A stretch of DNA of 64,000 nt from a virus (IMGVR_UViG_3300021387_001106:1-64000); one strand, 5' to 3'. Shown: positions 38,355 through 48,251, numbered from the stretch's first letter. Program-made: numbers and translations. Notes: generated by a model not told the origin, from the sequence alone.

Positions 38355-38501
38355 ATACATTGATATAGGCGGCCCGTATGGTACAATATAATTACAGGGG
38401 GATACCAATTACACACACCACCCACCAGAGTCGCCGGTCGGCGCTTGGCAGGATTGCGGGTGCTGGACGAGCCGAGTGGAGAGCCAAAAAGGAGGGCTGA
38501 T
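38355..38501 (+). repeat. Promoter + structured 5' leader, copy B
   Basis: See copy A at 34076. Confidence 0.85.
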
Positions 38502-38828
38502 ATGAGATTCAACAAGAGCAAGCTGATGAGCAACGCTTGGCTGATCTTCCGCAAGGAAAAGGGCATCTCTTTTGGCGAGGCCCTTCACAGAGCATGGCTT
38601 TCCGCGAAAGCTGAGCCGGTGAACGCCCGTCGCATCGCAGATGCGAAAGCGGCTGCGGGGGTGGCCGAGGAAGTTAAGACCTGGTACGGCTGGAAGATGG
38701 CCGGTTTCATGGTCCGCCACGGTTCCAAGAACCTCTTCCAGGTTGAGCTGATCCATGGAAGCAAGGGAGACGGTAAGACCTACAAGGCTTCCTTCTTCGG
38801 AAAGTCTCAGGTCGAGGCAATCGCCTGA
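38502..38828 (+). CDS. Hypothetical protein (AW...K N-terminus, TW.GW...G..V..G ssDNA-binding-like segment)
   Basis: AGGAGG RBS; motif resembles ArdC/YoqW-type N-termini. Confidence 0.65.
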   Translation: MRFNKSKLMSNAWLIFRKEKGISFGEALHRAWLSAKAEPVNARRIADAKAAAGVAEEVKTWYGWKMAGFMVRHGSKNLFQVELIHGSKGDGKTYKASFFGKSQVEAIA

Positions 38829-38849
38829 CAGGCGGGAAAGGGGTGCGGT

Positions 38850-39050
38850 ATGGTGACTGTTAAGAGGACGGTTACGAAGGAGATCTACGACGAGCTCAAG
38901 GCTCTCGAACCGGTGAAGAGGAAAGAAGCCTTCGAGAAGTATCTGGACATCTGCATCCTTTGCGGATACGGGTACTACGGCTTCTACGGGCCGTTCGAGG
39001 AGGGCGGCACCTACTTCGTCGAGTACGTTCGTGGGAGCACCTGCGACTGA
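38850..39050 (+). CDS. Hypothetical protein
   Basis: GYGYYG, GSTCD C-terminus. Confidence 0.65.
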   Translation: MVTVKRTVTKEIYDELKALEPVKRKEAFEKYLDICILCGYGYYGFYGPFEEGGTYFVEYVRGSTCD

Positions 39051-39106
39051 CGGTTGTTCGGGACATGCCCCGCCGGTCGGGCCAAAGGCCGGCAAAGGAG
39101 CGACTT

Positions 39107-39418
39107 GTGGAAAGGAAGTACACGATAAAGGAGTACAAGCTGCTCAAAGAAGTTATTGAATCGGAGCGGACGAGCAAGTGGTTCATTCTCTACTGGGTTC
39201 GCTACAAAGGGCAACCCATGCACGCCTATTTCTGCAAGAATGATTCCGGTATGTATGTGGTGCTCGGAAAGACGAGGTATGGAAAACCTTCAAAGGGACT
39301 GGACATTCGATGGGCTTCCACTTGCTATGTTGACGTCTATTACCGGCGGAATTTCCTGAGCGCGGAAGATGGGAACCGCTTTTACAAGAGGCTGAAAGAT
39401 ACCAAGGAGCTTGGATAG
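39107..39418 (+). CDS. Hypothetical protein
   Basis: AAGGAG RBS before GTG. Confidence 0.6.
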   Translation: MERKYTIKEYKLLKEVIESERTSKWFILYWVRYKGQPMHAYFCKNDSGMYVVLGKTRYGKPSKGLDIRWASTCYVDVYYRRNFLSAEDGNRFYKRLKDTKELG

Positions 39419-39458
39419 GGACAACGTGGTTGCCAGTTGTTTGTACAGGGGGTATGCG

Positions 39459-39734
39459 ATGAACCTTACCACTGGGTATGTGGCCGGTCTTGTGGATGGC
39501 CTCAGGAAGAAGGGCGATGTCGTTAAGATGCTGAAGGAAAACGACATCCGGTTTGAGGACGTTTCGGCGGATTCCGGGTATGACAACATCCGTATCCCGA
39601 CCAATGACGGCGGATACATTAGGGTGTACCGGGGCAAAAGAACCGACCAGTTCAAGGTGCAGAAATTCGAGATGGTCGAGTTCAAATGGTCTGGCATCCC
39701 GACGTTTGAGCCGAGCGGGCGGCGGAGCTTCTGA
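39459..39734 (+). CDS. Hypothetical protein
   Basis: AGGGGG RBS. Confidence 0.65.
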   Translation: MNLTTGYVAGLVDGLRKKGDVVKMLKENDIRFEDVSADSGYDNIRIPTNDGGYIRVYRGKRTDQFKVQKFEMVEFKWSGIPTFEPSGRRSF

Positions 39735-39828
39735 CGGACCTGCCGCCGTACACAGAATGATTGACCCGGGCGGGACACGTAAGACTTGCCCGGGTGTTCG
39801 ACATTATCACTCACGAAAGGGGACGCAC

Positions 39829-40209
39829 ATGATGATGGCAAGGGAGAAGGCTGTTGAGATGCTTGTGTACAATGGCATCTTTGATTACGGGGACATAGGA
39901 ACGCCGGCCATGGAGTTCTACATCAGGGACATAATGGAATCGGGAGATGACTGCATCTGGGACATCGACCGTCATGCCTACCTGAACACGCTGTTTGGCT
40001 ATGAGATAGGGCGCAGGGCGGCGATGCTGATCGACCACTGGCTCTGGTGCAGCAAAGACGAGGACGGTGAGGTCAGGGACATCGAAACATTGGAGCTTAC
40101 CTACAGGGATAAAGACCTGATACAGCGGTGCGTTGAGGAGCAGGGACTCGGCCTCTCATTTGAGAAGTGGAGAACGACAGACGTGATGGTCTATGAGTAT
40201 TATCAATAA
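39829..40209 (+). CDS. Hypothetical protein
   Basis: AAGGGG RBS. Confidence 0.65.
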   Translation: MMMAREKAVEMLVYNGIFDYGDIGTPAMEFYIRDIMESGDDCIWDIDRHAYLNTLFGYEIGRRAAMLIDHWLWCSKDEDGEVRDIETLELTYRDKDLIQRCVEEQGLGLSFEKWRTTDVMVYEYYQ

Positions 40210-40323
40210 GACCGTTGGCGACGTATGAAATTGACCATGCACACACATGTGTGAAAATATACATAGGAGATACCAGACGGGAATAATTGATGCCGGCAGG
40301 AAACCGGCGAAAGGGGATAGCGC

Positions 40324-40743
40324 ATGTACAAGGTTTGGATACGCCTCTACGAGGGCGATAAGCTGATAGCGTCCGCCACATCCATAGAGGAGTTCGGAAA
40401 CAAGCAGGACGCCGAACGGTGGGTAAGGAAGATATACACCAGTCCGCCTGACGGCGGCTATGAGTTCAGATGGGCGGTAAGTGAGACCGACCCGGGCCCG
40501 TTGGACGAGGTGCCTGAGCAATATGAGGTCGAGGTCACCTGTGAGGTCACGGCCCGCAGGAGCTACTCCATGACCATCAGCAGAAGTGATTACGAGATGC
40601 TGCTGGAAGGGGATACTTCTCCTATCGAGGGCATGTTTGATGAGACCATCCGTGACTCCATCGGAACCGGCGACTATGAGAAGGACTTCACGGTCTTTAA
40701 CATCGACACTGGGAAACAAGTTGTGGACTGGAACTGGAAGTGA
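40324..40743 (+). CDS. Hypothetical protein
   Basis: Promoter at 40231, AAGGGG RBS. Confidence 0.7.
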   Translation: MYKVWIRLYEGDKLIASATSIEEFGNKQDAERWVRKIYTSPPDGGYEFRWAVSETDPGPLDEVPEQYEVEVTCEVTARRSYSMTISRSDYEMLLEGDTSPIEGMFDETIRDSIGTGDYEKDFTVFNIDTGKQVVDWNWK

Positions 40744-40917
40744 TGGACAGGGAAACGGGCGTACCTGATTGGTTGAATCTCTCTGGAAAGATTCAAATAA
40801 GCATATGTATAATATGAAATAATTGTTAAACTATGCAGTAATACATTGATATAGCCGCTCTGTTTGATACAATATAATTACAGGGACACCTACACACACA
40901 TCTGGAAAGGGGGCGCA

Positions 40918-42096
40918 ATGAGGTACGCGATCTTTGAGGGAAACATGGAACGGCTCACCAAGAAGATGACCCGTATCCAGAACAAGTGCAAAAAGTACGG
41001 GTGCTCCTTCACCTTCAACGAGGTCGGTGAGGAGTTCCGCGAGCTTACGGATGAGGACGGTCGGAACTACACGGCCCGCTTCGTCCTTGTGGAAGCTGAG
41101 GGCATTGCCCGCGTGAACGGATGGCAGTTCGTTGCCTCTGTCGAGCACACGGAGAAGGGCAACATCCTCAACAAGGCGACCGAGGTGGAAGTGCCCGAAC
41201 GCTACTACACCGGGGCTCCCTACTGCGAGCACTGCGGCAACAGGAACCTGAAGTACACGTTCATTATCCACAACGAGGAGACCGGCGAGTTCAAGCAGGT
41301 CGGACGCAACTGCCTGTGCGACTTCACCCACGGCATGAGCGCCGAGGGCATCGCGCAGTACATGTCCGCCTTCGACGAGCTTATCGTTGGCGAGGCTCCG
41401 ATGCCCGGGTGCAGCATCGAAAGGTACTACGGCACGGAAGAGTATCTCAGATACGCGTGGGAGACCATCCGCCACTTCGGATATGTGAAGACCGCGAACA
41501 GAGAGGACCGGCCTACACGTGACCGTGCCCTTGCCTACTACGAGGTGGAGCACGGTGGATACAGGGGCATGATGGCAGAAGCCGGCAGAAAGTACAGCAG
41601 GGAGATGAAGGCGGTCGGCTTCGACGCCAAGAGCCCTGAGGCCGTTGACATGACGGCAAAAGCCCTTGAATGGCTCGATGCTCAGCCTGAGGACAACAAC
41701 TACATGCACAACCTGAAAGTCGCCTGTGCGCTTGAGTACGTGACATGGAAGAATCTGGGCATCCTTGCAAGCCTGTTCCCTACCTTCAACAGGGAGCTGG
41801 AACGCGAGGCGGAGCGCCGCCGCAGAGAGGAGAACGCAAAGAAGTCCGAATGGGTCGGTGAGGTCGGCAAGCGCATCGAACTGAAGCCGGTCGAGGTGAT
41901 CTGCGTGACCGGTTGGGAGACCCAGTGGGGTTACACCTGCATCTACAGGATTACGGATGAGGCCGGTAATGTCTTCACTTGGAAGACCGCGAAGGACATT
42001 GCTGAGGACGTGAAGAAGATTAAGGGAACGGTGAAGGCTCACAACGAGTACAGGGGGACGAAGCAGACCGAGCTGACCAGATGTGAGTGTGCCTGA
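40918..42096 (+). CDS. Conserved phage protein with Zn-finger and C-terminal OB fold
   Basis: CEHC...QVGRNC; VGEVGKR...WKT...IKGTVKAH.EYRGTKQTELTR. Confidence 0.8.
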   Translation: MRYAIFEGNMERLTKKMTRIQNKCKKYGCSFTFNEVGEEFRELTDEDGRNYTARFVLVEAEGIARVNGWQFVASVEHTEKGNILNKATEVEVPERYYTGAPYCEHCGNRNLKYTFIIHNEETGEFKQVGRNCLCDFTHGMSAEGIAQYMSAFDELIVGEAPMPGCSIERYYGTEEYLRYAWETIRHFGYVKTANREDRPTRDRALAYYEVEHGGYRGMMAEAGRKYSREMKAVGFDAKSPEAVDMTAKALEWLDAQPEDNNYMHNLKVACALEYVTWKNLGILASLFPTFNRELEREAERRRREENAKKSEWVGEVGKRIELKPVEVICVTGWETQWGYTCIYRITDEAGNVFTWKTAKDIAEDVKKIKGTVKAHNEYRGTKQTELTRCECA

Positions 42097-42229
42097 ATAA
42101 GGGGGTGATGGCAAGGGGCCTTCGGGCCCCTATTTGCCCGCTAAGACGTTTTCAGCACCCATACCCATACATATATACCTATCGGTAAGTAAAAAGAGCG
42201 TAGAGGGCGTTTTAGAAGGAGGTAAAAAG

Positions 42230-42622
42230 ATGAGACTGGATAAGACGGAGGTAGAGGACAACATTTTCATTGCGGGCTGGTATGACATGGACGATGCTGT
42301 TGCAAGGGACGGTGAGCTCTATGTAGCGATCGACGAGACATGCTTTCTGGAGGGAGAGGCCGACAAGGTCATGAAGGCCAACGGGGCACTTCCATTTTTC
42401 GACTACAGCGGGGAGTATGACCCGGATGGATGGTACGACATGTATCTGCTCTGCGGCGAAGACTCGGTGAAAGCTCTGGTATTCAGGCCGCAGGAAACAA
42501 AGCAGGAGCTGGAAGAGGAATACGAGATACCTACAGACCCGGTAACGAGGGCGGCCATGTTTGACCGAATCGAATCTCTTTTCGGTGCGGAGAGATGGCA
42601 GAAAATCTTTGGACGGGGGTGA
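42230..42622 (+). CDS. Acidic hypothetical protein
   Basis: AGGAGG RBS. Confidence 0.7.
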   Translation: MRLDKTEVEDNIFIAGWYDMDDAVARDGELYVAIDETCFLEGEADKVMKANGALPFFDYSGEYDPDGWYDMYLLCGEDSVKALVFRPQETKQELEEEYEIPTDPVTRAAMFDRIESLFGAERWQKIFGRG

Positions 42623-42900
42623 TGTTTTCCTATAAGTTCCTTTTGGTTCCTTGCATGTCCATTTTTGAAAGTGGTATAAGGTAAGCTGTCGGAAAATGAA
42701 AGGGAATGAGGTCCTGAAACATGTTCTGGTAAAGATGACATATCCGATGCAGATATATATTCGGAAGAGCATAAATGCTGTGAATCAAAGCCGTTATAAA
42801 TATGCGCTTATGAATACTTTTACTTGCAATTCGAACGTGTATTTGGTATAATAATAATACAGGGAAACACTTCTTTTTGATTGATTGCAGGAGGTGCAGA

Positions 42901-43263
42901 ATGGCAAGATTCACAACCTTTACGGCTGAGGAACTGGAAGAGCTTCGCAGATTCGACGAAGAGGTCGACGCTTCCGAACTCACTTATGAGGACTTCCTGC
43001 TGGAAGACCTCGTGGAAGACCTGCTCTTCCCGGAGCGGGTGGTAACTCGTAAGAAAAACGTGGAGCGGCGCAAAAGGGAGAATGCTTCCAAGACTCCCGA
43101 GGAGCTGAGCCGCAAGTACAAAGAGGACTACGCAAAGAGGGACAAGGAAGCCGAGCGCCAGAGGAAGCGCGAGTGGTACAAGCGCAACAAGGAGCGCGTG
43201 ATGCTTCAGCAGAGGGACTACCGGATTAAGACCGGCAGACAGAAAGCCGAAGCCACCTGCTGA
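42901..43263 (+). CDS. Hypothetical protein (acidic N-half, basic C-half)
   Basis: Own promoter, AGGAGG RBS, terminator 43272-43299. Confidence 0.7.
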   Translation: MARFTTFTAEELEELRRFDEEVDASELTYEDFLLEDLVEDLLFPERVVTRKKNVERRKRENASKTPEELSRKYKEDYAKRDKEAERQRKREWYKRNKERVMLQQRDYRIKTGRQKAEATC

Positions 43264-43370
43264 CGGGTGAGGGCACGGACCTGCGGGTCCGTGCTTTTTA
43301 ATTGACCATGCATACCACCGTTGTATAATGATTCAAGGGAACATTATCATCATACAGAGGGGAGGTTGCA

Positions 43371-43706
43371 ATGAGGATTTACGTAGAAAAGAACGCAAGG
43401 CTGGGTGAGGGCTACCATGTCCGTGTGATGGGTGATGAGGGCCAGACCGACCTGATCGACTTCCATCCATACACGCTCAGGAAGGCCGTCCTGATGGCGA
43501 AGAAGGCACTGGACATTATCAATCAGCGTGAGGGGGCGAACACCAAGCTCCGCCACGTTCTGGAGATTGACCAGAAGAGCGTCATCGACAACAGGGAGTT
43601 CGATGACCTGAGCTGGAACATCGCCTCTAAGATTGATGCGGGGCAAGGCATCAGCTATGAGGACGGTATTGAGGACTGCTTAGATGATTCTGATAAAGGA
43701 ACTTGA
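43371..43706 (+). CDS. Hypothetical protein
   Basis: Promoter at 43302, GGAGG RBS. Confidence 0.65.
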   Translation: MRIYVEKNARLGEGYHVRVMGDEGQTDLIDFHPYTLRKAVLMAKKALDIINQREGANTKLRHVLEIDQKSVIDNREFDDLSWNIASKIDAGQGISYEDGIEDCLDDSDKGT

Positions 43707-44511
43707 AGACCGGGGCTTTGTCAAAACGGGCACGGGACTCAGATATGACAGCATTTCCATTCCGCTCAGCGGGGGACGTTTGAAGAGCACACGGGCAGAC
43801 GCAAGTTCCCGCCTTGCTTTCGGGCTCTGCAAGAAGTACGGCATCGACCTTCCGAAGGGGGCTACGCCAAAAGATGCGTGGGCAGCCCTGAACGAGAAGA
43901 CCGGCAAGACACCGCAGGACTTCTACAGCAGCAGTGGGGAGAAGGGCGCGGACAAGATCAGGTTCGGCAATATCGGTACGAAGAAATACGTCAAGGCGCT
44001 TGAAGCAGCGAAAAAGTCGCAGCCGCCAAAGGACGCGTGGCGTGTGACTGGCATGTCGGAAAAGGAACTTAAAGAGTGGCATCCCGGTGCAAAGCTCCAT
44101 GTCTCAGACGGTGGCAGTACGATCGCCGTCGACAAGAGCGGTGACATCGTGGCCGTATGTGTCGGCAAGGGGGATGGAAAAAAGGGATTTATAGCGGGAA
44201 AGACACTTCTGGCCCATGCCGTTAAGAATGGCGGAACGAAGCTGGACAGCTACGAGGGCAACCACAAGTTCTACGTCAAGTGCGGGTTCGAGCCGGTAAG
44301 CTGGTGCAAGTGGGACCCGCAGTATGAAGACCTTGCGAAACAGCAGGGATGGGACCCGAAACGGGACAAAAAGGAGAGCATCATCTTCTACAGGTATGTG
44401 GGGCCGGGAAAGGTCAAGAATACGAGCCTGAAGAATTTCTGCAAGCAGACACCGGCGGCAAAGGATTATGATGCGGCCTACGAACTCAGGGATAAGGCGC
44501 TCGGGAAATAA
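43684..44511 (+). CDS. Putative head-associated effector with C-terminal GNAT-like domain
   Basis: RYD/RAD motifs, YGIDLPKGATPKDAWAAL segment, GKTLLAHAVKNGGTKLDSY...FYVKCGF. Confidence 0.6.
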   Translation: MILIKELEDRGFVKTGTGLRYDSISIPLSGGRLKSTRADASSRLAFGLCKKYGIDLPKGATPKDAWAALNEKTGKTPQDFYSSSGEKGADKIRFGNIGTKKYVKALEAAKKSQPPKDAWRVTGMSEKELKEWHPGAKLHVSDGGSTIAVDKSGDIVAVCVGKGDGKKGFIAGKTLLAHAVKNGGTKLDSYEGNHKFYVKCGFEPVSWCKWDPQYEDLAKQQGWDPKRDKKESIIFYRYVGPGKVKNTSLKNFCKQTPAAKDYDAAYELRDKALGK

Positions 44512-44522
44512 GGGGGAATGAT

Positions 44523-44768
44523 ATGAGGAAGATGACGGAAGAGGAAGCTGAGAAGTTCTGCGAGGAGAGATGTACCTTCCTCGACTACAAGGACATCGAC
44601 GAGTACATCGAGGACATTATCACCTGCCTTGTTTACAGCCCATGGCATTACACCGAGGAAGAGGCAAGGAAGCAGTGCGAGGACCGCATGGGGATCATCG
44701 AGAACGCCTTCGAGAAGAAGGAACCGGCGGATGACTGCTCAGTGGATGTGGGATACTGCTGCGGGTGA
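44523..44768 (+). CDS. Small acidic protein, possible immunity partner
   Basis: Directly downstream of GNAT-like effector. Confidence 0.65.
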   Translation: MRKMTEEEAEKFCEERCTFLDYKDIDEYIEDIITCLVYSPWHYTEEEARKQCEDRMGIIENAFEKKEPADDCSVDVGYCCG

Positions 44769-44930
44769 GAATGTGGATTGCCGATTGGAAAATACGTTGA
44801 CAGATTGGTATTTTTGTCGTAAAATATAATGTGGATGATGAATAAAATCAGCAGAGATAAATTGACCATGCACTCCTATATGGCACAATAAAATATAAAC
44901 AAATTTTATGTACCTGATAGGAGGAACAAA

Positions 44931-45401
44931 ATGTCAATTTACACAAGCAGATACAGCAATAAAGAACTTGATGGCGACCGGTACTACACGGTCGGTATAT
45001 CGAGGGGAAAGCCAAGGTTCAGGCTCGGATACGTCGAATCGGAACACTGCATATCACTGGCCCCGACAAGAGAGATGTGGGGCATCGTAAGTGATGATGA
45101 TTTCGAGGTGGCGTACAGGCAGCATCTGGACAGGATGGGACCGGAAAGGGTCAGAACCCTTCTGGAAAGGATGTCCCTCAGGGCGGATGGCAAGGATGTC
45201 GTCCTTCTCTGCTTTGAAGATGTAAGGGATGAATCCCAGGTCTGTCACAGGACGATGCTGGCAAAGTGGCTGAAAGACAGGCTCGGCTTGGAAGTGACCG
45301 AACTTCCAGACCCGTCACCAGTCAAGAGGAAAAAGCCGAAGGCCAAGGAAGTACCACAGGAGATTGAGGGACAAATGTCTATCGAGAACTTCCTTAACTA
45401 A
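44931..45401 (+). CDS. DUF488 family protein
   Basis: IYTS, LAPT, VVLLCFE...CHR. Confidence 0.85.
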   Translation: MSIYTSRYSNKELDGDRYYTVGISRGKPRFRLGYVESEHCISLAPTREMWGIVSDDDFEVAYRQHLDRMGPERVRTLLERMSLRADGKDVVLLCFEDVRDESQVCHRTMLAKWLKDRLGLEVTELPDPSPVKRKKPKAKEVPQEIEGQMSIENFLN

Positions 45402-45448
45402 AACTGCAAAACAGCCGGCGTGCATAAAAACCACGTCGGCTCATATAT

Positions 45449-45519
45449 CCGCCATTAGTATATTGGATAGAACGTTCCTATCTAAGGGAAAGGGCGAGGT
45501 TCGAATCCTCGGTGGCGGT
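45449..45519 (+). tRNA. Degenerate tRNA, most similar to tRNA-Arg(TCT)
   Basis: Acceptor CCGCCAT/GTGGCGG, TGGATAGAAC D region, T-arm CGAGG-TTCGAAT-CCTCG; loop TATCTAA lacks U33. Confidence 0.55.
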
Positions 45520-45578
45520 CTCAAACGAGGAGGCGGCAAGCCTCCTTTTTCATTTTCCGAAAACAGAAGGAGTACGGA

Positions 45579-47039
45579 ATGGCAGGGTTCAACAGTCCGA
45601 ACATCCTGTTCCTGAACACTTACGACACGTTGGACAGGAAGTATATCAAAGAGCTTGCACCAAAGCTGAGGGGAGCGGGGTATGACCGCTATGTGGAGCT
45701 ATACTGCGGGGCATTCGTCATGCCGCTCATCGTGGCTGCGGAGGGCTATCCGCCAGAGAAGATGAACTGTTATGACATCTCCCTGTTCTCGAACATAATG
45801 GGATATGTCTTTTCGGGGAAAGACCTGGCGGAGCTGGAAGTGAGGAAGGACGGGGAGCTGATACCTCTGACCGGAAAAGATGCTTCAGAGAACGCGGGGA
45901 TACTGATGTATGAGCAGGCGTTCGCAAGGCTGAAGAAGGCGGAGGGCATCATATATTTCCATTACCTTCTGGAAGACATGGAGGAGAACCGGCAGAAGCA
46001 CATAGATGCCATCGCTGAAAAAGTCCGCAAGATGGACGCATCGCTCCATGGGCTGCATTTCGAGAGGCTGTATATCTGGGAAGCATTCGAGAAGGAAAAG
46101 GACAGCCCGAACACTTTTATCTGCTCTAATCCGCCTACATACAAGGGTGCGTATGAGAAGTTCTTCGATACGGACGGCGTGATAACCTGGGCGGGAGATG
46201 ATTACGAGTACCAGATATGGGATGGATCGGTCGACTGCCCGAAACTCATGCAGGAGGCAGAGGGGCATGAAGCCCTCCTGATGCTCCTACAGCAGGCGAA
46301 CAAGGGAAAGGCTGCCACAGAGGAGCCGGTAAGCGCCAGATTCCTGTCTATGACGCAAAACGTCTATTGGAATACTAATCATCCAGACATCGTAAAGAAC
46401 CTGATCAGCAAGAAGGCAGAGACCGCTAACGGGGCGCAGATAGTCAAATCCAAGTACAGCATACTACCGCCCGACTACAAGATAACAAAGGACGCAAAGA
46501 TAGATATATTCGTGGAAGAGCCGAAAGTCGCGGAATACTACCGGAAGATATGGCTCCACCGTATAAGGGGCAAGGCGGTATCTATCCACCTTTGCGTATT
46601 GCTGGATGGGATGATAGCCGGGTTCATAGGGCTCGACTTCAATGCGATCGTAAAGCCGTACAGGGAGACAGACAGGAATACGGTCGTTTTATCATATGCA
46701 GTGCCGTCGCCTAATGACACTTGCAGGAATGCGAGACTTCTCGTTGAACTGGTCAAGAGCAAGAAAGTCATTTTGGACGGCATGAACAGGGGGAAGAAAC
46801 CATCTCAGTTCGTCATGTACGCCACCATCGCGGATTCCATCTGCACGGTGGAGTATACGAAGTACCATGAGGTGAAGGGGCTGCGAGGGCTCATGAAGAT
46901 CAAGCGCAAGGAGAAGAAGGCGGAAAATCTGTTCGCCCTCACCTACTTTGCAGACCTGAACGAGAACTCGGCGGAACAGTGTTTGGCTAACTTTGTGGAT
47001 GCGGAAGAAAGGTACAACAAGAAATGTCAGAAGAAGTGA
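45579..47039 (+). CDS. Adenine-methyltransferase-like protein with C-terminal acyltransferase-like domain (putative antirestriction DNA modification)
   Basis: YVELYCGAF motif I-like, NPPTY motif IV-like; C-terminal beta/alpha domain. Confidence 0.65.
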   Translation: MAGFNSPNILFLNTYDTLDRKYIKELAPKLRGAGYDRYVELYCGAFVMPLIVAAEGYPPEKMNCYDISLFSNIMGYVFSGKDLAELEVRKDGELIPLTGKDASENAGILMYEQAFARLKKAEGIIYFHYLLEDMEENRQKHIDAIAEKVRKMDASLHGLHFERLYIWEAFEKEKDSPNTFICSNPPTYKGAYEKFFDTDGVITWAGDDYEYQIWDGSVDCPKLMQEAEGHEALLMLLQQANKGKAATEEPVSARFLSMTQNVYWNTNHPDIVKNLISKKAETANGAQIVKSKYSILPPDYKITKDAKIDIFVEEPKVAEYYRKIWLHRIRGKAVSIHLCVLLDGMIAGFIGLDFNAIVKPYRETDRNTVVLSYAVPSPNDTCRNARLLVELVKSKKVILDGMNRGKKPSQFVMYATIADSICTVEYTKYHEVKGLRGLMKIKRKEKKAENLFALTYFADLNENSAEQCLANFVDAEERYNKKCQKK

Positions 47040-47791
47040 AGAATGAGCTGGTAGCGACGCTGGAAGGCGGGATGGAGATATGGAAGCTCAATGCTTCTAC
47101 CATCAAGGAACAGGACATCAATGCGCAGGTCATGGACGACAGGCGCATGAAGATTCTTACCTCGAACATCAAGAACAGGGGGGCGTTGGAGTCCCTTCCG
47201 TACGTGTACAAGGACGGTAACACATTCAGCATTATATCCGGGCACCACAGGGTCAGGGCGGCAAACGACGCGGGGATGAAGACTATCTACGCACTCGTGG
47301 ATACGAACCCAATGACTAAGTCCCAGATAACGTCCAAGCAGATCGCACATAACGAGCTGGTGGGCAAGGCAGACAGCGAGATACTGGGGAAGCTCATCCA
47401 ACAGATGAATGATGTGGACGACATCATCGCTTCCGGTCTCCCACAGGAGATGCTCAACTCCATCAATGCACAGTCGCAGGTGATCGATATTCCGCACCTG
47501 TCGTTCGACTGGCGTATTATCAATCTGACATTCCTTCCGAAAGAACTGAAGAATCTGGAAACACTGGCAAAGGCGGTGGACTCCAAGGCGGATATGGTGG
47601 GGGTGGCAGATGTCAAGCAGTATCAGGATTTCTGTGATGCACTCATGAAGTTCGGCAGAACCAAAAACGTCAAATCCATTGGTACGTCCATCGCACTGCT
47701 TACCGAAATCGCGTTAAGAGAGGTTGAAAAATGCAGGCAGGAAGAGGAAGACCAAGCGGATACAACGCAAAGTACCACGTCCCATGGGTAA
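47024..47791 (+). CDS. ParB/Srx N-terminal domain protein
   Basis: NAQVM, IISGHHRVRAA, QIAHN. Confidence 0.85.
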   Translation: MSEEVKNELVATLEGGMEIWKLNASTIKEQDINAQVMDDRRMKILTSNIKNRGALESLPYVYKDGNTFSIISGHHRVRAANDAGMKTIYALVDTNPMTKSQITSKQIAHNELVGKADSEILGKLIQQMNDVDDIIASGLPQEMLNSINAQSQVIDIPHLSFDWRIINLTFLPKELKNLETLAKAVDSKADMVGVADVKQYQDFCDALMKFGRTKNVKSIGTSIALLTEIALREVEKCRQEEEDQADTTQSTTSHG

Positions 47792-48243
47792 GGAGCCTTG
47801 CGAGAAGGGGACTGACGGTAAAGGAGATAGCGGACGAGATAGGCGTGGCGAAATCCACACTATGCAAATGGGTCAGCGAAAACCCGGATTTATCGGACGC
47901 CCTAAATGAGGGCCGGGACATAGCCGATTCCGTCGTGGAAGAATCCCTTTACAAGCTCGCTTGCGGTCATACTGTACAGACCAAGAAGACTATCGTCTCC
48001 GCCGGGAAGGATGGAGAACAGAAGCCGGCACGGATAGAGATTATGGAACAAGAGGTCTCGCCAAATGCAACGGCATGTATCTTCTGGCTCAAAAACCGCA
48101 AGAGGGCATTATGGACAGACCGTCAGGAAGTGCAGCTTGAGGCGTCCAATGAAAGTGATACGGATGTAGTCATCGTACTGCCGCACAACAACCGGCAGGA
48201 ACATATAGATGGAACGGTTGAAATCGGCGCGGATGAACAGTAA
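47731..48243 (+). CDS. terS: Terminase small subunit
   Basis: GRPS.Y, HTH, TACIFWLKNR; directly upstream of terL. Confidence 0.85.
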   Translation: MQAGRGRPSGYNAKYHVPWVRSLARRGLTVKEIADEIGVAKSTLCKWVSENPDLSDALNEGRDIADSVVEESLYKLACGHTVQTKKTIVSAGKDGEQKPARIEIMEQEVSPNATACIFWLKNRKRALWTDRQEVQLEASNESDTDVVIVLPHNNRQEHIDGTVEIGADEQ

Positions 48244-48251
48244 GGCGCGGC

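Noticed and set aside
45449-45519. Amber suppressor (CTA) reading of the degenerate tRNA and stop-codon recoding
   Set aside because: A CTA-centred loop breaks the stem; genes such as 7797..8891, 21197..21895 and terL end normally at TAG, and coding density is high in the standard code
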